Positions 45,616 through 54,820 of a stretch of 64,000 nucleotides of DNA are shown here, piece after piece (position 1 is the first letter of the stretch; the number at the start of each line of letters is the position of its first letter). A program made the translations under genes and the position numbers. The DNA is taken from the NCBI GenBank assembly GCA_009692845.1, contig SHYK01000002.1:193296-257295 (forward strand), given 5' to 3'. Origin of the DNA: Chloroflexota bacterium (GTDB lineage: Bacteria; Chloroflexota; UBA6077; SHYK01). The notes under the pieces were generated by a model. It made no database searches. It saw only the letters and a list, made by a program, of their open reading frames with translations, and was not told where the DNA came from.

Positions 45616-48021
45616 ATGGCACCCCCAAGCTCACCCGGTCAAGCGCGACCGGCCGTAGCCGTGATCATCCTGAATTGGAACGGCCGCCAATATCTCCAAC
45701 TCTGCCTCGATGCGCTGGCTAGCCAGACCTATCCGAATTTCGAGATCTGGCTGGTTGACAATGGATCCACGGATGGCTCGGTCGAGCTCGTCGCTAGCCG
45801 ATATCCCCAGGTGCACCTGGTGCGCAACCGGAGCAATCTCGGGTTCGCGGCGGCCAACAACCAGGCTTTTGGGCTGACCGACACGCCCTATGTTGCGACG
45901 CTCAACAATGACACGGTCGTCGACCCCGGCTGGCTGGCCGCGCTCGTGGAGGCCGCTGAGGGCGACCCCAGGATTGGCTCGGTCTCCTCGAAGATGGTGT
46001 TCGCCCACAATCCTGGGATGATCAATTCCTGTGGAATCGCGGTGGACCGGCTGGGAATTGCCTGGGACCTGTGGGGGGGGCGGCCCGAGAGTATCGCGGA
46101 TCGTCCCCGCGAGATCTTCGGAGCTTGCGCCGGGGCCGCTTTGTACCGGCGCACGATGCTGGATGACATCGGCCTGTTCGCCGAAGAGTTCTTTGCCTAT
46201 CTCGAGGACGTCGACCTGGCCTGGAGAGCACGACTCCGGGGCTGGCGGAGCGTTTTTACGCCAGCGGCCGTCGTCAGGCACGTCCATTCAGCCACCCTGG
46301 GAGATGCGTCGCCCCGGAAGCGATTCTTGTTGGCGCGGAATAGCATCTGGACCATCGGCCGCTGCCTTCCGAATCTGGATGTGCCGTCGGTGCTGCTCAT
46401 GGCCGGTTATGAGCTGGCGGTGTTTGCCTTCCAGCGAATGGCTCGCAGGGGATTCACTCGGCGAAGCCAGTCCGCTCCGGGTGGGCCTTGGCGGGCCATC
46501 CTGTACGGAAGGACGGACGGCTTGGCCCATCTGCCGCGAGTTTGGCAGCAGCGGAAAGCGATTCAGGCCGGGCGTACCGCGACGCTTCGAGAAATACGCG
46601 AAGCGTATTCCCCAGTAGTCGCGCCGTGGAACTTTGGCGACCGTTACCAGCACCTCATGGAAGGGAGGAAGCCTCGCCCGGCCCAGATGCCTAAAGTGCA
46701 ATCCCCGCTGCGGGCGAGGATTCGGCTGCTCGGCCTGCGGGTGAGTGGCTGGCTTCTGGCCCATGCGGGGACTGCGCGGAAGAGGGTCCCGGGAGCGTCG
46801 GCGACGCCTGAAATCCGTAAGATCGTCATGCTGCGGCCGGATCACCTGGGCGATGTCCTGCTCTCCCGACCGGCCATCCAACAGGTTCGGGATCGGTTCC
46901 CAGATGTGCCGATCACGGTGGTGGCTGGTCCCTGGGCGGCGGCCTCGCTCCAAGGCCTCGATTGCCAGGTAGCGACCTTTGCATTTCCCGGCTTCGAGCG
47001 GCGAGGCCCTGGTGGGCTACTCGCCCATTATTGGGCGATGGCCGGCTTCGCCGCTCGCTTACGTCGGGAGCATTTCGATGCCGCGGTGATACTGCGGCCC
47101 GACCACTGGTGGGGAGCCATGGCTTGCGCCCTGGCTGGAATTCCGGTTCGAGTCGGGCACGGGACCCCGGCCATGCTTCCTTTCTTGACCCTCCTGGTTA
47201 CCCCGCAGGAGCGCGAATCAGCGGTCCAGTCCGCCCTCCGCACAGTTAACACCCTCGGATCTGCCGCTGGCTTGAATGGAGCGTCACGGGTACCGCTGGT
47301 GCGGTTCGAACCGTCACCGGCCGGGGTGGAGGAGATCCGGAAACGCTCGGCTCCTGGCCGTGATGCGGGCGGACGGCCCATGGTTGCTCTTCATCCGGGC
47401 GCGGGAGCCGCCGTCAAGCTTTGGCCAGCCGCTCGCTGGGCCGCCGTGGTGCAGGATCTGGAGGACGGGGGCGTCGAAGTGCTCATAGCACCCGGACCGG
47501 ATGACGATGGGCTGGTCCAGGGGATTCAGAAGAGGCTCACCAAACCGATTGCGGTGCTACCCGGTCTGAGCTGGGACCAACTCGCCGCCCTGTACCGACA
47601 GGTGCAGGTGGTTATGGGCATGGATAGCGGGCCGCTACATCTGGCTGCGGCCGTCGGGACTCCGACCGTGCGGCTGTACGGGCCGTCGGACGTCGCGATC
47701 TATGGGCCGGCGGGAGACCCAGCGAGGCACCGGGTGATTGTGAGCGACTTGCCCTGCGCCCCCTGCGCGAACCTCACAGATCCTCCCTGCGGATACCGGG
47801 AGAGCCCGCCTTGTCTGGCCCAAATCGAGGTCGCCCAGGTCGCCGCGGCCGTGCGACTGCTCTTAAACCAGGGCTCCAGCGGTGACCGGGAGCCGTCTTC
47901 GCACAGCCGGGGAGGGCTGGACGGATCGAAGACCAACGGCCTCGACGCCTCAGTCCACGGCACCGAATTCCGCCGCGCCCAGCTCCCCGGCGCCCAATCC
48001 CCCGGCGCCCAAGTCGAATGA
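45616..48021 (+). CDS. Fused GT2 + GT9 (heptosyltransferase-like) glycosyltransferase
   Basis: N half 'IILNWNG', 'VDNGSTDGS', 'LNNDT', 'FFAYLEDVDL'; C half 'RPDHLGDVL', 'LHPGAG..VKLWP', 'DSGPLHLAAA', 'CAPC'. Confidence 0.85.
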   Translation: MAPPSSPGQARPAVAVIILNWNGRQYLQLCLDALASQTYPNFEIWLVDNGSTDGSVELVASRYPQVHLVRNRSNLGFAAANNQAFGLTDTPYVATLNNDTVVDPGWLAALVEAAEGDPRIGSVSSKMVFAHNPGMINSCGIAVDRLGIAWDLWGGRPESIADRPREIFGACAGAALYRRTMLDDIGLFAEEFFAYLEDVDLAWRARLRGWRSVFTPAAVVRHVHSATLGDASPRKRFLLARNSIWTIGRCLPNLDVPSVLLMAGYELAVFAFQRMARRGFTRRSQSAPGGPWRAILYGRTDGLAHLPRVWQQRKAIQAGRTATLREIREAYSPVVAPWNFGDRYQHLMEGRKPRPAQMPKVQSPLRARIRLLGLRVSGWLLAHAGTARKRVPGASATPEIRKIVMLRPDHLGDVLLSRPAIQQVRDRFPDVPITVVAGPWAAASLQGLDCQVATFAFPGFERRGPGGLLAHYWAMAGFAARLRREHFDAAVILRPDHWWGAMACALAGIPVRVGHGTPAMLPFLTLLVTPQERESAVQSALRTVNTLGSAAGLNGASRVPLVRFEPSPAGVEEIRKRSAPGRDAGGRPMVALHPGAGAAVKLWPAARWAAVVQDLEDGGVEVLIAPGPDDDGLVQGIQKRLTKPIAVLPGLSWDQLAALYRQVQVVMGMDSGPLHLAAAVGTPTVRLYGPSDVAIYGPAGDPARHRVIVSDLPCAPCANLTDPPCGYRESPPCLAQIEVAQVAAAVRLLLNQGSSGDREPSSHSRGGLDGSKTNGLDASVHGTEFRRAQLPGAQSPGAQVE

Positions 48022-49241
48022 AAGCGCTCTTGCGGCGCCTGGCCGCCACTACGGCTCGGACGATTTTCGCGATTTACGGACTTTGGAGTTTGTTCCGTCG
48101 CCCCCGACTGGACTTGCCGTTGCCGGCATCGAGCATCCGGCGGGTACTGGTGATTCGTCTGGATCTGATGGGCGACGCAGTCTTTTCAGCTCCGGCTGTT
48201 GAAGCGGTTGCGCGGCACTTTCCAAATGCCGAGATCGATGTGCTGGCATTGCCGTACACGGCACCGTTGGTGAGGGCGATTCCGGTTGTGCATCACGTGT
48301 ACGAGCTGGACGTCAATGCCTACCGGCGCCTGCTCGGGCTGGGCCGGCTCGGAGCACTCTTTCGCACCGTCCAGGCATTGAGGAAACGCGATTACGACCT
48401 CGTGATTTCTTTGTCTCGGCTCGTAGGGGGTATTTTTGCCGGACTCAGTGGAGGTCGCTGGCGGGCCGGGGCGGCTCAGGAGACCTATTGGGGCTGCTAC
48501 AACCTGCCGTCGCCGGGGCGGCGCTATGCGCCCGGGCAGCATGAGGTGGATTATTGTCTCGCCCTGGTTGGCTGGGTGGCCGAGCAGGTTCTCGGTACCC
48601 AATGGGGTGGGCCAGAATCTCCCGAGAGAGGGATCCCGGTCTTGTCCGCAACGAGGTTCTTCGGCGCGACGGCAGTGGAATTGGGCCAGTCTCCATATGT
48701 GGTCGTGGTACCTGGCGCGAGCAACGGCACTGCTAAGCAGTGGCCGATCGTCTACTGGGCGGAGCTAGCCGACCGGCTTGGCGCCGAGTGTGGGGTCGAA
48801 GTGACCCTATGTGGCGGAAACGAAGAGCGTGGCCTGGCCGAGGCGTTCAAAAGCCTGGCGAAGCGCCCGGTCCGCGACCTGATCGGGCAGACCTCCGTTA
48901 GTGAGCTGGCGAGAATCGTGGCCGGCGCAGCGGTAGTCGTGGCCGGCGACACCGGCCCGCTCCACTTAGCCGTTTCCCTGGGACGCCCCACCGTGGGGAT
49001 CTATGGGGCGACGGACCCGGTCAACACGGGACCGCTGGGTGATCGGAGCCGGGTGCTGCGGGCGGGGCTGGCTTGCAGCCCGTGCTATGACCTCCGCTCG
49101 CCGGCTGAGTGCAAGCTGCCCGACCGCAGTGTTGCCTGTATGTGGAAGGTCAGCCCGGCCGAGGTCTACGCGGCAGTGGCAACGGTTCTCAAGGATCGAG
49201 AAGCATTTGCGGGCGGGGCAAGCCTGGTCGAGGCGGTTTAA
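48018..49241 (+). CDS. Glycosyltransferase family 9 (heptosyltransferase-like)
   Basis: 'IRLDLMGD', 'PGASNGTAKQWP', 'DTGPLHLA', 'CSPC...C...CM'. Confidence 0.9.
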   Translation: MKALLRRLAATTARTIFAIYGLWSLFRRPRLDLPLPASSIRRVLVIRLDLMGDAVFSAPAVEAVARHFPNAEIDVLALPYTAPLVRAIPVVHHVYELDVNAYRRLLGLGRLGALFRTVQALRKRDYDLVISLSRLVGGIFAGLSGGRWRAGAAQETYWGCYNLPSPGRRYAPGQHEVDYCLALVGWVAEQVLGTQWGGPESPERGIPVLSATRFFGATAVELGQSPYVVVVPGASNGTAKQWPIVYWAELADRLGAECGVEVTLCGGNEERGLAEAFKSLAKRPVRDLIGQTSVSELARIVAGAAVVVAGDTGPLHLAVSLGRPTVGIYGATDPVNTGPLGDRSRVLRAGLACSPCYDLRSPAECKLPDRSVACMWKVSPAEVYAAVATVLKDREAFAGGASLVEAV

Positions 49242-49290
49242 GGAAGCGCCAACTGGGTTAGCGAGACTGCCTCGCCTCCAGGCCGCCTGG

Positions 49291-49545
49291 TTAGGCCGAG
49301 GCGCCGTCTCGGGATCGACCTTTCGCGGTCGGGGCTTCGGGAATCCGCCAGCAGCCGCTGGTCGTGCACATGCAGCGCTGCTGCTCCTCGATGCTGACGG
49401 GCGGGGTGTCCATGAGGCAGATGACCTGGTAAAGCAGGCGGCATCCGTCGTCGCCGGGTTCATTTTCCGCCGACCAGCGTTCGCGGTAGTTGGGGCAAGC
49501 GCCCTTGTGGCGCCGCCAGTCGGGATGATCGGGGATCGTGGGCCT
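49291..49545 (-). CDS. Small Cys-rich hypothetical protein (start codon unresolved; not in ORF track)
   Basis: Frame reads PTIPDHPDWRRHKGACPNYRERWSAENEPGDDGCRLLYQVICLMDTPPVSIEEQQRCMCTTSGCWRIPEAPTAKGRSRDGASA*, directly after the DUF2851 stop and a GGAGG. Confidence 0.5.
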   Translation of the reverse strand, partial: RPTIPDHPDWRRHKGACPNYRERWSAENEPGDDGCRLLYQVICLMDTPPVSIEEQQRCMCTTSGCWRIPEAPTAKGRSRDGASA

Positions 49546-50893
49546 AGCCTCCCTGGCCTCCAGTGAAACTGGCCGATTTTAGCATAGTGCCCGGAGCCAA
49601 CGGACCGGCCGGACAGCTGGCACAGGCGCGGAAATCGCACCAGCCCTGATAGAGCTCGATCAAACCCTGCTGCCGGCACGCGGAATCAACCAGGCGAGGG
49701 TCGGCGTCCCCGAGGACCTGGCGGGACATGTGCCGGGTGATCTGGTTGTCGGCCAAGCGAGGGTGCTGGCGGTACGCGGAGAGGGTGGCCGCCTCAAGGC
49801 CTGGGATTTCGCGCCGACGACTCAATGCGAGGGCCCAGGGTAAGACCACGTTGACCACAATGTCGGCGGCTCGCTCGTCGCCGAGCAGGGCAGTTGTCCG
49901 TTGCAACGGCCGACCGAAGTCCGAATGCATCGTCCAATACGGGTCGGTGGCCAGCGTCAAGCGATGGCGAAGGGCGGTGCACGCGCTTCGAGGAGGAAGC
50001 TCCATCAGCGCGGCCAGGAGGTCAGGTTCGAGGAAGGCGCCCGCCATTTCGAGCAATGCGGCCGCGGTTGCTACCCGCCGAACCGGGGTGTTGGCCGGGC
50101 GAACGCCGATCCAGTGCCAATGAAGTGGAGCCACGCTACTTGCTTCACCGGAATCCCGCCAGTATTTCTCCAGCATGAGGGCGTAGTCGTCCAGCGGCAG
50201 CCGCCCTCGCTGAGATGGCAGGAGGCCGGCCATCCCAAACAACCTGGCCCGGGCCTCGATGGGCGCGATCCGGAGCCAGGTGACAGCCGACGCGGGCGGG
50301 AATCGGTCGGAGAGTTGGCGCATCGGCTCCACGTTGCGGGCGTAGCCAAGAGCTTCGAGCGCTGCCGTCAACAGACTGTCGATCGGAGGCTGGGCAGAAA
50401 AATCTCCCTCGAACCGCGCCGCCTTGCCCGCGAGACGGGCTAGCCCCGCCCGGTCGAGCATGGTGACGGCCTCGGCGGGAGTCTGGCAGGCCATCGTCGG
50501 GTTGACCCGGGGTGCGGCCTGCCACTCGATGAGCAGCAGGCCGATTGGCTCGGTCAGATGTTGAGCGATGGCTACGGTCGGCAGATCCGGCCCCTGGTCG
50601 CCCTCGCTTGCCCGAAAGATCACGTGGAGAATAGTGCCGCGATACTCCGGATCGCTGGAATGCCCATGGGTGACCCAATCATGAGCACGCACGTGCACTT
50701 CGACGGCGCCGCGCAGGACATGGTCATCGAGAGCCAGGAGCGCCTCTCGGAAATCCGGCCCCCAGCTTCCCCACCGTCGGCCCGGGTAGATCACCCGGAG
50801 CTTCCGGCCATCCAGGGTGGTCAGCAGCGATCCGGCTCGGCGAGTCTCCCAGAGCCACCAGACGAAGGCCTCGGGCACCCGCTCAGCTGGCAT
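49544..50893 (-). CDS. DUF2851 family protein
   Basis: 'VIYPG...GPDF..A', 'GAVEVH....DWVTHGH..DPEY', 'LGYARN', 'RPANTP.RR', 'QGLIELY..WC...C..CP'. Confidence 0.85.
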   Translation of the reverse strand: MPAERVPEAFVWWLWETRRAGSLLTTLDGRKLRVIYPGRRWGSWGPDFREALLALDDHVLRGAVEVHVRAHDWVTHGHSSDPEYRGTILHVIFRASEGDQGPDLPTVAIAQHLTEPIGLLLIEWQAAPRVNPTMACQTPAEAVTMLDRAGLARLAGKAARFEGDFSAQPPIDSLLTAALEALGYARNVEPMRQLSDRFPPASAVTWLRIAPIEARARLFGMAGLLPSQRGRLPLDDYALMLEKYWRDSGEASSVAPLHWHWIGVRPANTPVRRVATAAALLEMAGAFLEPDLLAALMELPPRSACTALRHRLTLATDPYWTMHSDFGRPLQRTTALLGDERAADIVVNVVLPWALALSRRREIPGLEAATLSAYRQHPRLADNQITRHMSRQVLGDADPRLVDSACRQQGLIELYQGWCDFRACASCPAGPLAPGTMLKSASFTGGQGG

Positions 50894-50894
50894 C

Positions 50895-51179
50895 TCACCC
50901 GCCTTTCAAGGCGGAGGGGTCGACGGCTCTCGGAGGTTGGCTTTCTGGTGCGTCAGGTGGCGGAGGGGTGCCTAGATAGGGCAGGCCAGCGTGTTCAGCT
51001 ACCAGATCCAGCACCTTGACCGACGCGCCGCGGGGAGCATACATGCCCGTTTCCCATTCGCTCACGGTCTGTTGGCGCACGCCGAGCTCCCGAGCGAAAC
51101 CCTGCTGGGTCAGCTCAAGCGCCCTTCTGAGCTCTTTCACCTGGACGGCCGTCCAGCGCCGTCCTGATACGCGCCTCAT
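50895..51179 (-). CDS. XRE-family HTH transcriptional regulator
   Basis: 'VKELRRALELTQQGFARELGVRQQTVSEWETG'; probable ATG at 51179. Confidence 0.88.
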   Translation of the reverse strand: MRRVSGRRWTAVQVKELRRALELTQQGFARELGVRQQTVSEWETGMYAPRGASVKVLDLVAEHAGLPYLGTPPPPDAPESQPPRAVDPSALKGG

Positions 51180-51201
51180 GCCGGATACGTGTAGCTGTGG
51201 G

Positions 51202-52542
51202 CTATCCGATAGGCGGGCTAGGAAGGCGACCGAGCACCGATTCGGCCCAGGCGCCCACCCGAAGGAGCTGGTAGTCGGCCATGGGGCGGCCCACCAATTG
51301 CAGGCCGAGCGGGAGATCATCCGGCGAAAGCCCACCGTTCACGGTGATGGCCGGATAGCCCAGGCAGCTCCACGGACGCAGCATGGTCGTGTCGCCGGTC
51401 GAGTCGAGTCCTTTCGGGGCCGCGCCTGGAGCTACGCTGAGCAAGAGCGCGTCGACTTCAGTAAAGACCCCCTGAACCTCGGTATGGAGGTGGCGGCGGA
51501 GTCGCTGAGCGTGGACGTAATAGGAAGCGGGAATCAGGCTGTTGGCGACGGCACTCGCCGACCGCGACAGGCCCGGATCGCTGGCCGAGCGACCGCTCTG
51601 GATCGAGAGCGCTTCCACGCCGCCCACCAATCGGTGAATCGCCCAGATCGTGGCGAAATCGGGCGGAAGAAAGACGTCCCGGATCTCTGCCCCCGCCGTG
51701 CGGAACCGGGCCACGGCGGCCTCAATGGCTTGATGCATCACCGGCTCGGTATGCTCGGGGAAGAAGTTGCGGATCACCCCCACCCGCGGCGGGCGCATGG
51801 TCTCCACCTCCAGATCAGCGGGAGGAGCAGGCTCGGGCAGGGTGGTCGGGTCCCGAGGATCGGGTCCGGCTAGCAGCGAGAAGACGAGCGCCACGTCGGC
51901 CATGGTTAAACCGATGATGCCGACGTGGTCGTGGGAGTACGAGAACGGGTAGACGCCGAAGCGGCTGATGCGACCGAAGGTGGGCTTGAAGGCGTCGATG
52001 CCGCAGAAGGCGGCTGGGCGGAGATTCGAGCCGGCGGTCTGCTCTCCGAGGGCGACGGGGACCATCCGGGCGCTGACCGCCGCGCCGGAACCGCTGCTGG
52101 TGCCGCCCGGGGTATGCGCGAGGTTCCAGGGATTTCGGGTGGGTGGATTCACGCCGTCGATCGGCATGTGGGTCTTCCCCATGATCAGGGCCCCGGCGGC
52201 GCGGAGTCGGGTGATGGCCGCGGCATCCTCACGCTGGATCTCCGGACCCGCCATCTGGGTGACCAGCCCGGCCATGTGGAACTCGTCCTTGATCCCGATC
52301 GGAATGCCGTGCAATGGGCCTCGAAACTGTCCCCGGGCGGCCTCGGCGGTCAGGATAGCCGCATCGGCCCGCACGGAATCGGGATCCAGATGGCTCCAGG
52401 CCTGGACTCGATCTTCCAGGAGGTCGATTCGACCGAGGTAAGCCTCGGCGACTTCGCTAGGAGTGAGCTCGCCCTGGGCGATCGAAGAGGCGAGCTCGAC
52501 GACCGTTAGGCGCGCGAGCTCGGGAGTCCCGGGTTTGGCCAT
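51202..52542 (-). CDS. Amidase (GatA/AtzE-like)
   Basis: 'GPLHGIPIGIKD', 'TRNPWN', 'PGGTSSGSGAAV', 'GEQTAGSNLRPAAFCG'. Confidence 0.92.
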   Translation of the reverse strand: MAKPGTPELARLTVVELASSIAQGELTPSEVAEAYLGRIDLLEDRVQAWSHLDPDSVRADAAILTAEAARGQFRGPLHGIPIGIKDEFHMAGLVTQMAGPEIQREDAAAITRLRAAGALIMGKTHMPIDGVNPPTRNPWNLAHTPGGTSSGSGAAVSARMVPVALGEQTAGSNLRPAAFCGIDAFKPTFGRISRFGVYPFSYSHDHVGIIGLTMADVALVFSLLAGPDPRDPTTLPEPAPPADLEVETMRPPRVGVIRNFFPEHTEPVMHQAIEAAVARFRTAGAEIRDVFLPPDFATIWAIHRLVGGVEALSIQSGRSASDPGLSRSASAVANSLIPASYYVHAQRLRRHLHTEVQGVFTEVDALLLSVAPGAAPKGLDSTGDTTMLRPWSCLGYPAITVNGGLSPDDLPLGLQLVGRPMADYQLLRVGAWAESVLGRLPSPPIG

Positions 52543-52554
52543 TGGGCGCTTCCC

Positions 52555-52737
52555 CTAGGGGAAAAGCGGCTCGACATCGTCGGGCAGGACGACCGCGCTT
52601 ACGGTGGCCATCGCCTCGGCGAGTTGGGCGAGCGCACTATCGAGATTTGCCGGGGGCGGGTTTAGCTCGAGCTGTTGAGTCTGCTGCTCGAGCCAGCGAT
52701 AGACTTCATCTTTGGTCACCGTAGGATGTACGCGCAC
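52555..52737 (-). CDS. Small GatC/AtzG-like protein, probable amidase partner
   Basis: 60 aa, helical, ends 'LPDDVEPLFP'; AAGGAG RBS; directly upstream of the amidase. Confidence 0.6.
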   Translation of the reverse strand: MRVHPTVTKDEVYRWLEQQTQQLELNPPPANLDSALAQLAEAMATVSAVVLPDDVEPLFP

Positions 52738-52852
52738 AGGGACTCCTTCTTGTCTGGCTGGGTCGCACTTGGCGCCCGGGTAAGAGCTTCCGTGCAGAGC
52801 ACATTGCCACTTGTTGAGGTTTACTGTTTGCGAGGGTCGTGTTCGGTCTGGC

Positions 52853-53851
52853 TTAGGCGGGCACGGCCGTTTCGAGGCGGATGAGCTCGCGCAAAGCGTG
52901 GACGGCGACTTCGACCTGGGAGTCTTCCGGTTCTCGGGTGGAGAGGGTCTGGAGGGCCATCCCTGGGCCCATCACCCAAACTACCCAGGGGCGATCGGTG
53001 TGGGCAGCCGCCCAGCGGATGATCTCATAGCCGAGGCCGGCAATGACGGGCACGAACAGGACTCGCGAACCAAGGAGCAGGAGCCAGGACTCGGGGCGGC
53101 CAATGACGGTGAAGACGGCAACCGAGAGGACGGCAATGACCAGCAGAAAGGTGGTGCCGCAGCGAGGGTGGCGGGTCGAGAATTGTTGAACCCGGGCGGT
53201 CTGCAAGTCGCCTCCACCCTCGAAGGCATTGATCGCTTTGTGCTCGGCGCCATGGTACATGTAGACCCGTCGGATGTCCGGGAAGCGGCCGATCACAGCG
53301 ATGTATCCGATGAGGAGGACGATCCGGATCAGACCTTCCACCAGATTGGCGAGCGGAGCGCTCTCGGTCCAGGCGTGGATGGGGACGGTCAAAGACGCGG
53401 GCAGGACGAAAAATAGCCCGATGCCGACGCCGATGCCGAGGATAGCGGTCAGCCAGGTGAACCATTGAGTTCCAGGTCCATCCTTCGGCTCTGGCTTCGG
53501 CTCCTCCTCGGAGGTAAGCGCGATGTCGGCCGAAAACGACAATGCCTGGAAGCCGAGCACGAGAGCGTCCCAGAGGAGCAGGGTTCCGCGCAGAACGGGA
53601 ATCCGGGCGATCCTGGCTTGATAGATGCGGCGGGGAAGCGGAGCCGTCTTGGTCACGATCTCCTGGTCGGGAGCCCGCACGGCGACGGTCATGTACTTCT
53701 GGCCGCGCATCATCACACCTTCGATGACCGCCTGGCCCCCGTAAGCCGGTAGTCGTTCGGCCGGCTTGCCCGCGTCCAAAAGTGGATCAGGGCGGCCTGC
53801 CGCGAGTTGTTCTGACTGAAGGGCACAGCAGACCAAAGCGCATAAAGACAT
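52853..53851 (-). CDS. DUF1385 (YqhQ-like) membrane protein
   Basis: 'YGGQAVIEGVMMRG', 'YHGAEHK', 'HPRCGTTF', 'TREP..SQVEVA'; true start probably later than 53851. Confidence 0.9.
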   Translation of the reverse strand: MSLCALVCCALQSEQLAAGRPDPLLDAGKPAERLPAYGGQAVIEGVMMRGQKYMTVAVRAPDQEIVTKTAPLPRRIYQARIARIPVLRGTLLLWDALVLGFQALSFSADIALTSEEEPKPEPKDGPGTQWFTWLTAILGIGVGIGLFFVLPASLTVPIHAWTESAPLANLVEGLIRIVLLIGYIAVIGRFPDIRRVYMYHGAEHKAINAFEGGGDLQTARVQQFSTRHPRCGTTFLLVIAVLSVAVFTVIGRPESWLLLLGSRVLFVPVIAGLGYEIIRWAAAHTDRPWVVWVMGPGMALQTLSTREPEDSQVEVAVHALRELIRLETAVPA

Positions 53852-53924
53852 TGGCGTTTAGGTTGGACGGCGGACCCGCGCGAAGGCGGGGCAACGAGGG
53901 ACCAAAGAAACCGAGGCGTGGGGA

Positions 53925-54167
53925 CTAACCAGTGGGGGTAGCACCCTCGGCTTCGGGTGCAGCCTGGGTAGTCCGGTTCAGGCGGCGCATGAAGCGCTCG
54001 ACCCGCCCGCCGGTGTCCACCAGGCGTTGCTCGCCAGTGAAGAACGGATGGCAGCGCGAACAGATGTCGAGCCGGATCACCGCCTTGGTGGAGCGGGTAG
54101 TAAAAGTGTTGCCGCACGCGCAATGCACGTTGGCTTCGACGTATTCGGGATGGATGGCTTTCTTCAT
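53925..54167 (-). CDS. rpmE: 50S ribosomal protein L31 (Zn-binding type)
   Basis: 'MKKAIHPEY', 'CACG', '[10 protein letters not shown]', 'GRVERF'. Confidence 0.97.
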   Translation of the reverse strand: MKKAIHPEYVEANVHCACGNTFTTRSTKAVIRLDICSRCHPFFTGEQRLVDTGGRVERFMRRLNRTTQAAPEAEGATPTG

Positions 54168-54463
54168 TGACTCGCTTCCGATATTGCTAGTTCAGGGGAC
54201 CCCTTCGGAGCCACCGCATAGACGCTGACCCGGTTTCGTTCCCGGGTAGCATGTTCGAACTTGACGGTTCCATCGATGAGGGCGAAAAGGGTATGATCGC
54301 GGCCCAGGCCGACGTTGTTCCCCGGGCGAACCGGAGTTCCACGCTGACGAATAATGATGGTCCCGGCCCGCACGAGCTGCCCGTCGGATCGTTTGACCCC
54401 AAGCCGTTGACCTGCGCTATCGCGGCCGTTGCGGGAGCTTCCGCCGCCCTTCTTATGTGCCAA
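54164..54463 (-). CDS. rpmA: 50S ribosomal protein L27
   Basis: '[15 protein letters not shown]', 'RQRGT', 'GRDHTLFA'. Confidence 0.97.
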   Translation of the reverse strand: MAHKKGGGSSRNGRDSAGQRLGVKRSDGQLVRAGTIIIRQRGTPVRPGNNVGLGRDHTLFALIDGTVKFEHATRERNRVSVYAVAPKGSPELAISEASQ

Positions 54464-54466
54464 TGT

Positions 54467-54781
54467 CTAACTCCGCGTAATGTCGGTGACCCGCACCTGG
54501 GTCAGCTCTTGTCGGTGGCCGGTCCGGCGGCGGTAGCGCGACTTGGCCTTGAACTTGAAGACGATCAATTTCTCGCCCCGATCGTGGCTCAGGACGTGGC
54601 CGAGCACTTTTGCCCCCGGAACGGTGGGGTGCCCGACCTGGACCTCCGCGCCGTCCTCAACCAGCAACACCCGGTCAAACTCAACCACAGCGCCGGGCTC
54701 GGTCTCCAAACGTTCGATGGTCAGTCGGTCGCCGGGTGCGACCCGATACTGTTTTCCGCCGGTCTCAATAATTGCATGCAT
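54467..54781 (-). CDS. rplU: 50S ribosomal protein L21
   Basis: 'AIIETGGKQYRV', 'GHRQELT'. Confidence 0.97.
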   Translation of the reverse strand: MHAIIETGGKQYRVAPGDRLTIERLETEPGAVVEFDRVLLVEDGAEVQVGHPTVPGAKVLGHVLSHDRGEKLIVFKFKAKSRYRRRTGHRQELTQVRVTDITRS

Positions 54782-54792
54782 ATCAGGGGAGC

Positions 54793-54820
54793 ATTATAGC
54801 GGACCAGGTAGCACCTGGAA
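54793..54820 (-). promoter_or_regulatory. Putative sigma70 promoter of rplU-rpmA-rpmE
   Basis: Minus strand TTCCAG-N16-TATAAT ending 11 nt before the rplU ATG. Confidence 0.55.

Noticed and set aside
49238-49444. 68-aa ORF-track candidate for the GT9-DUF2851 gap
   Set aside because: Low-complexity translation; the alternative frame 49291-49545 is more protein-like
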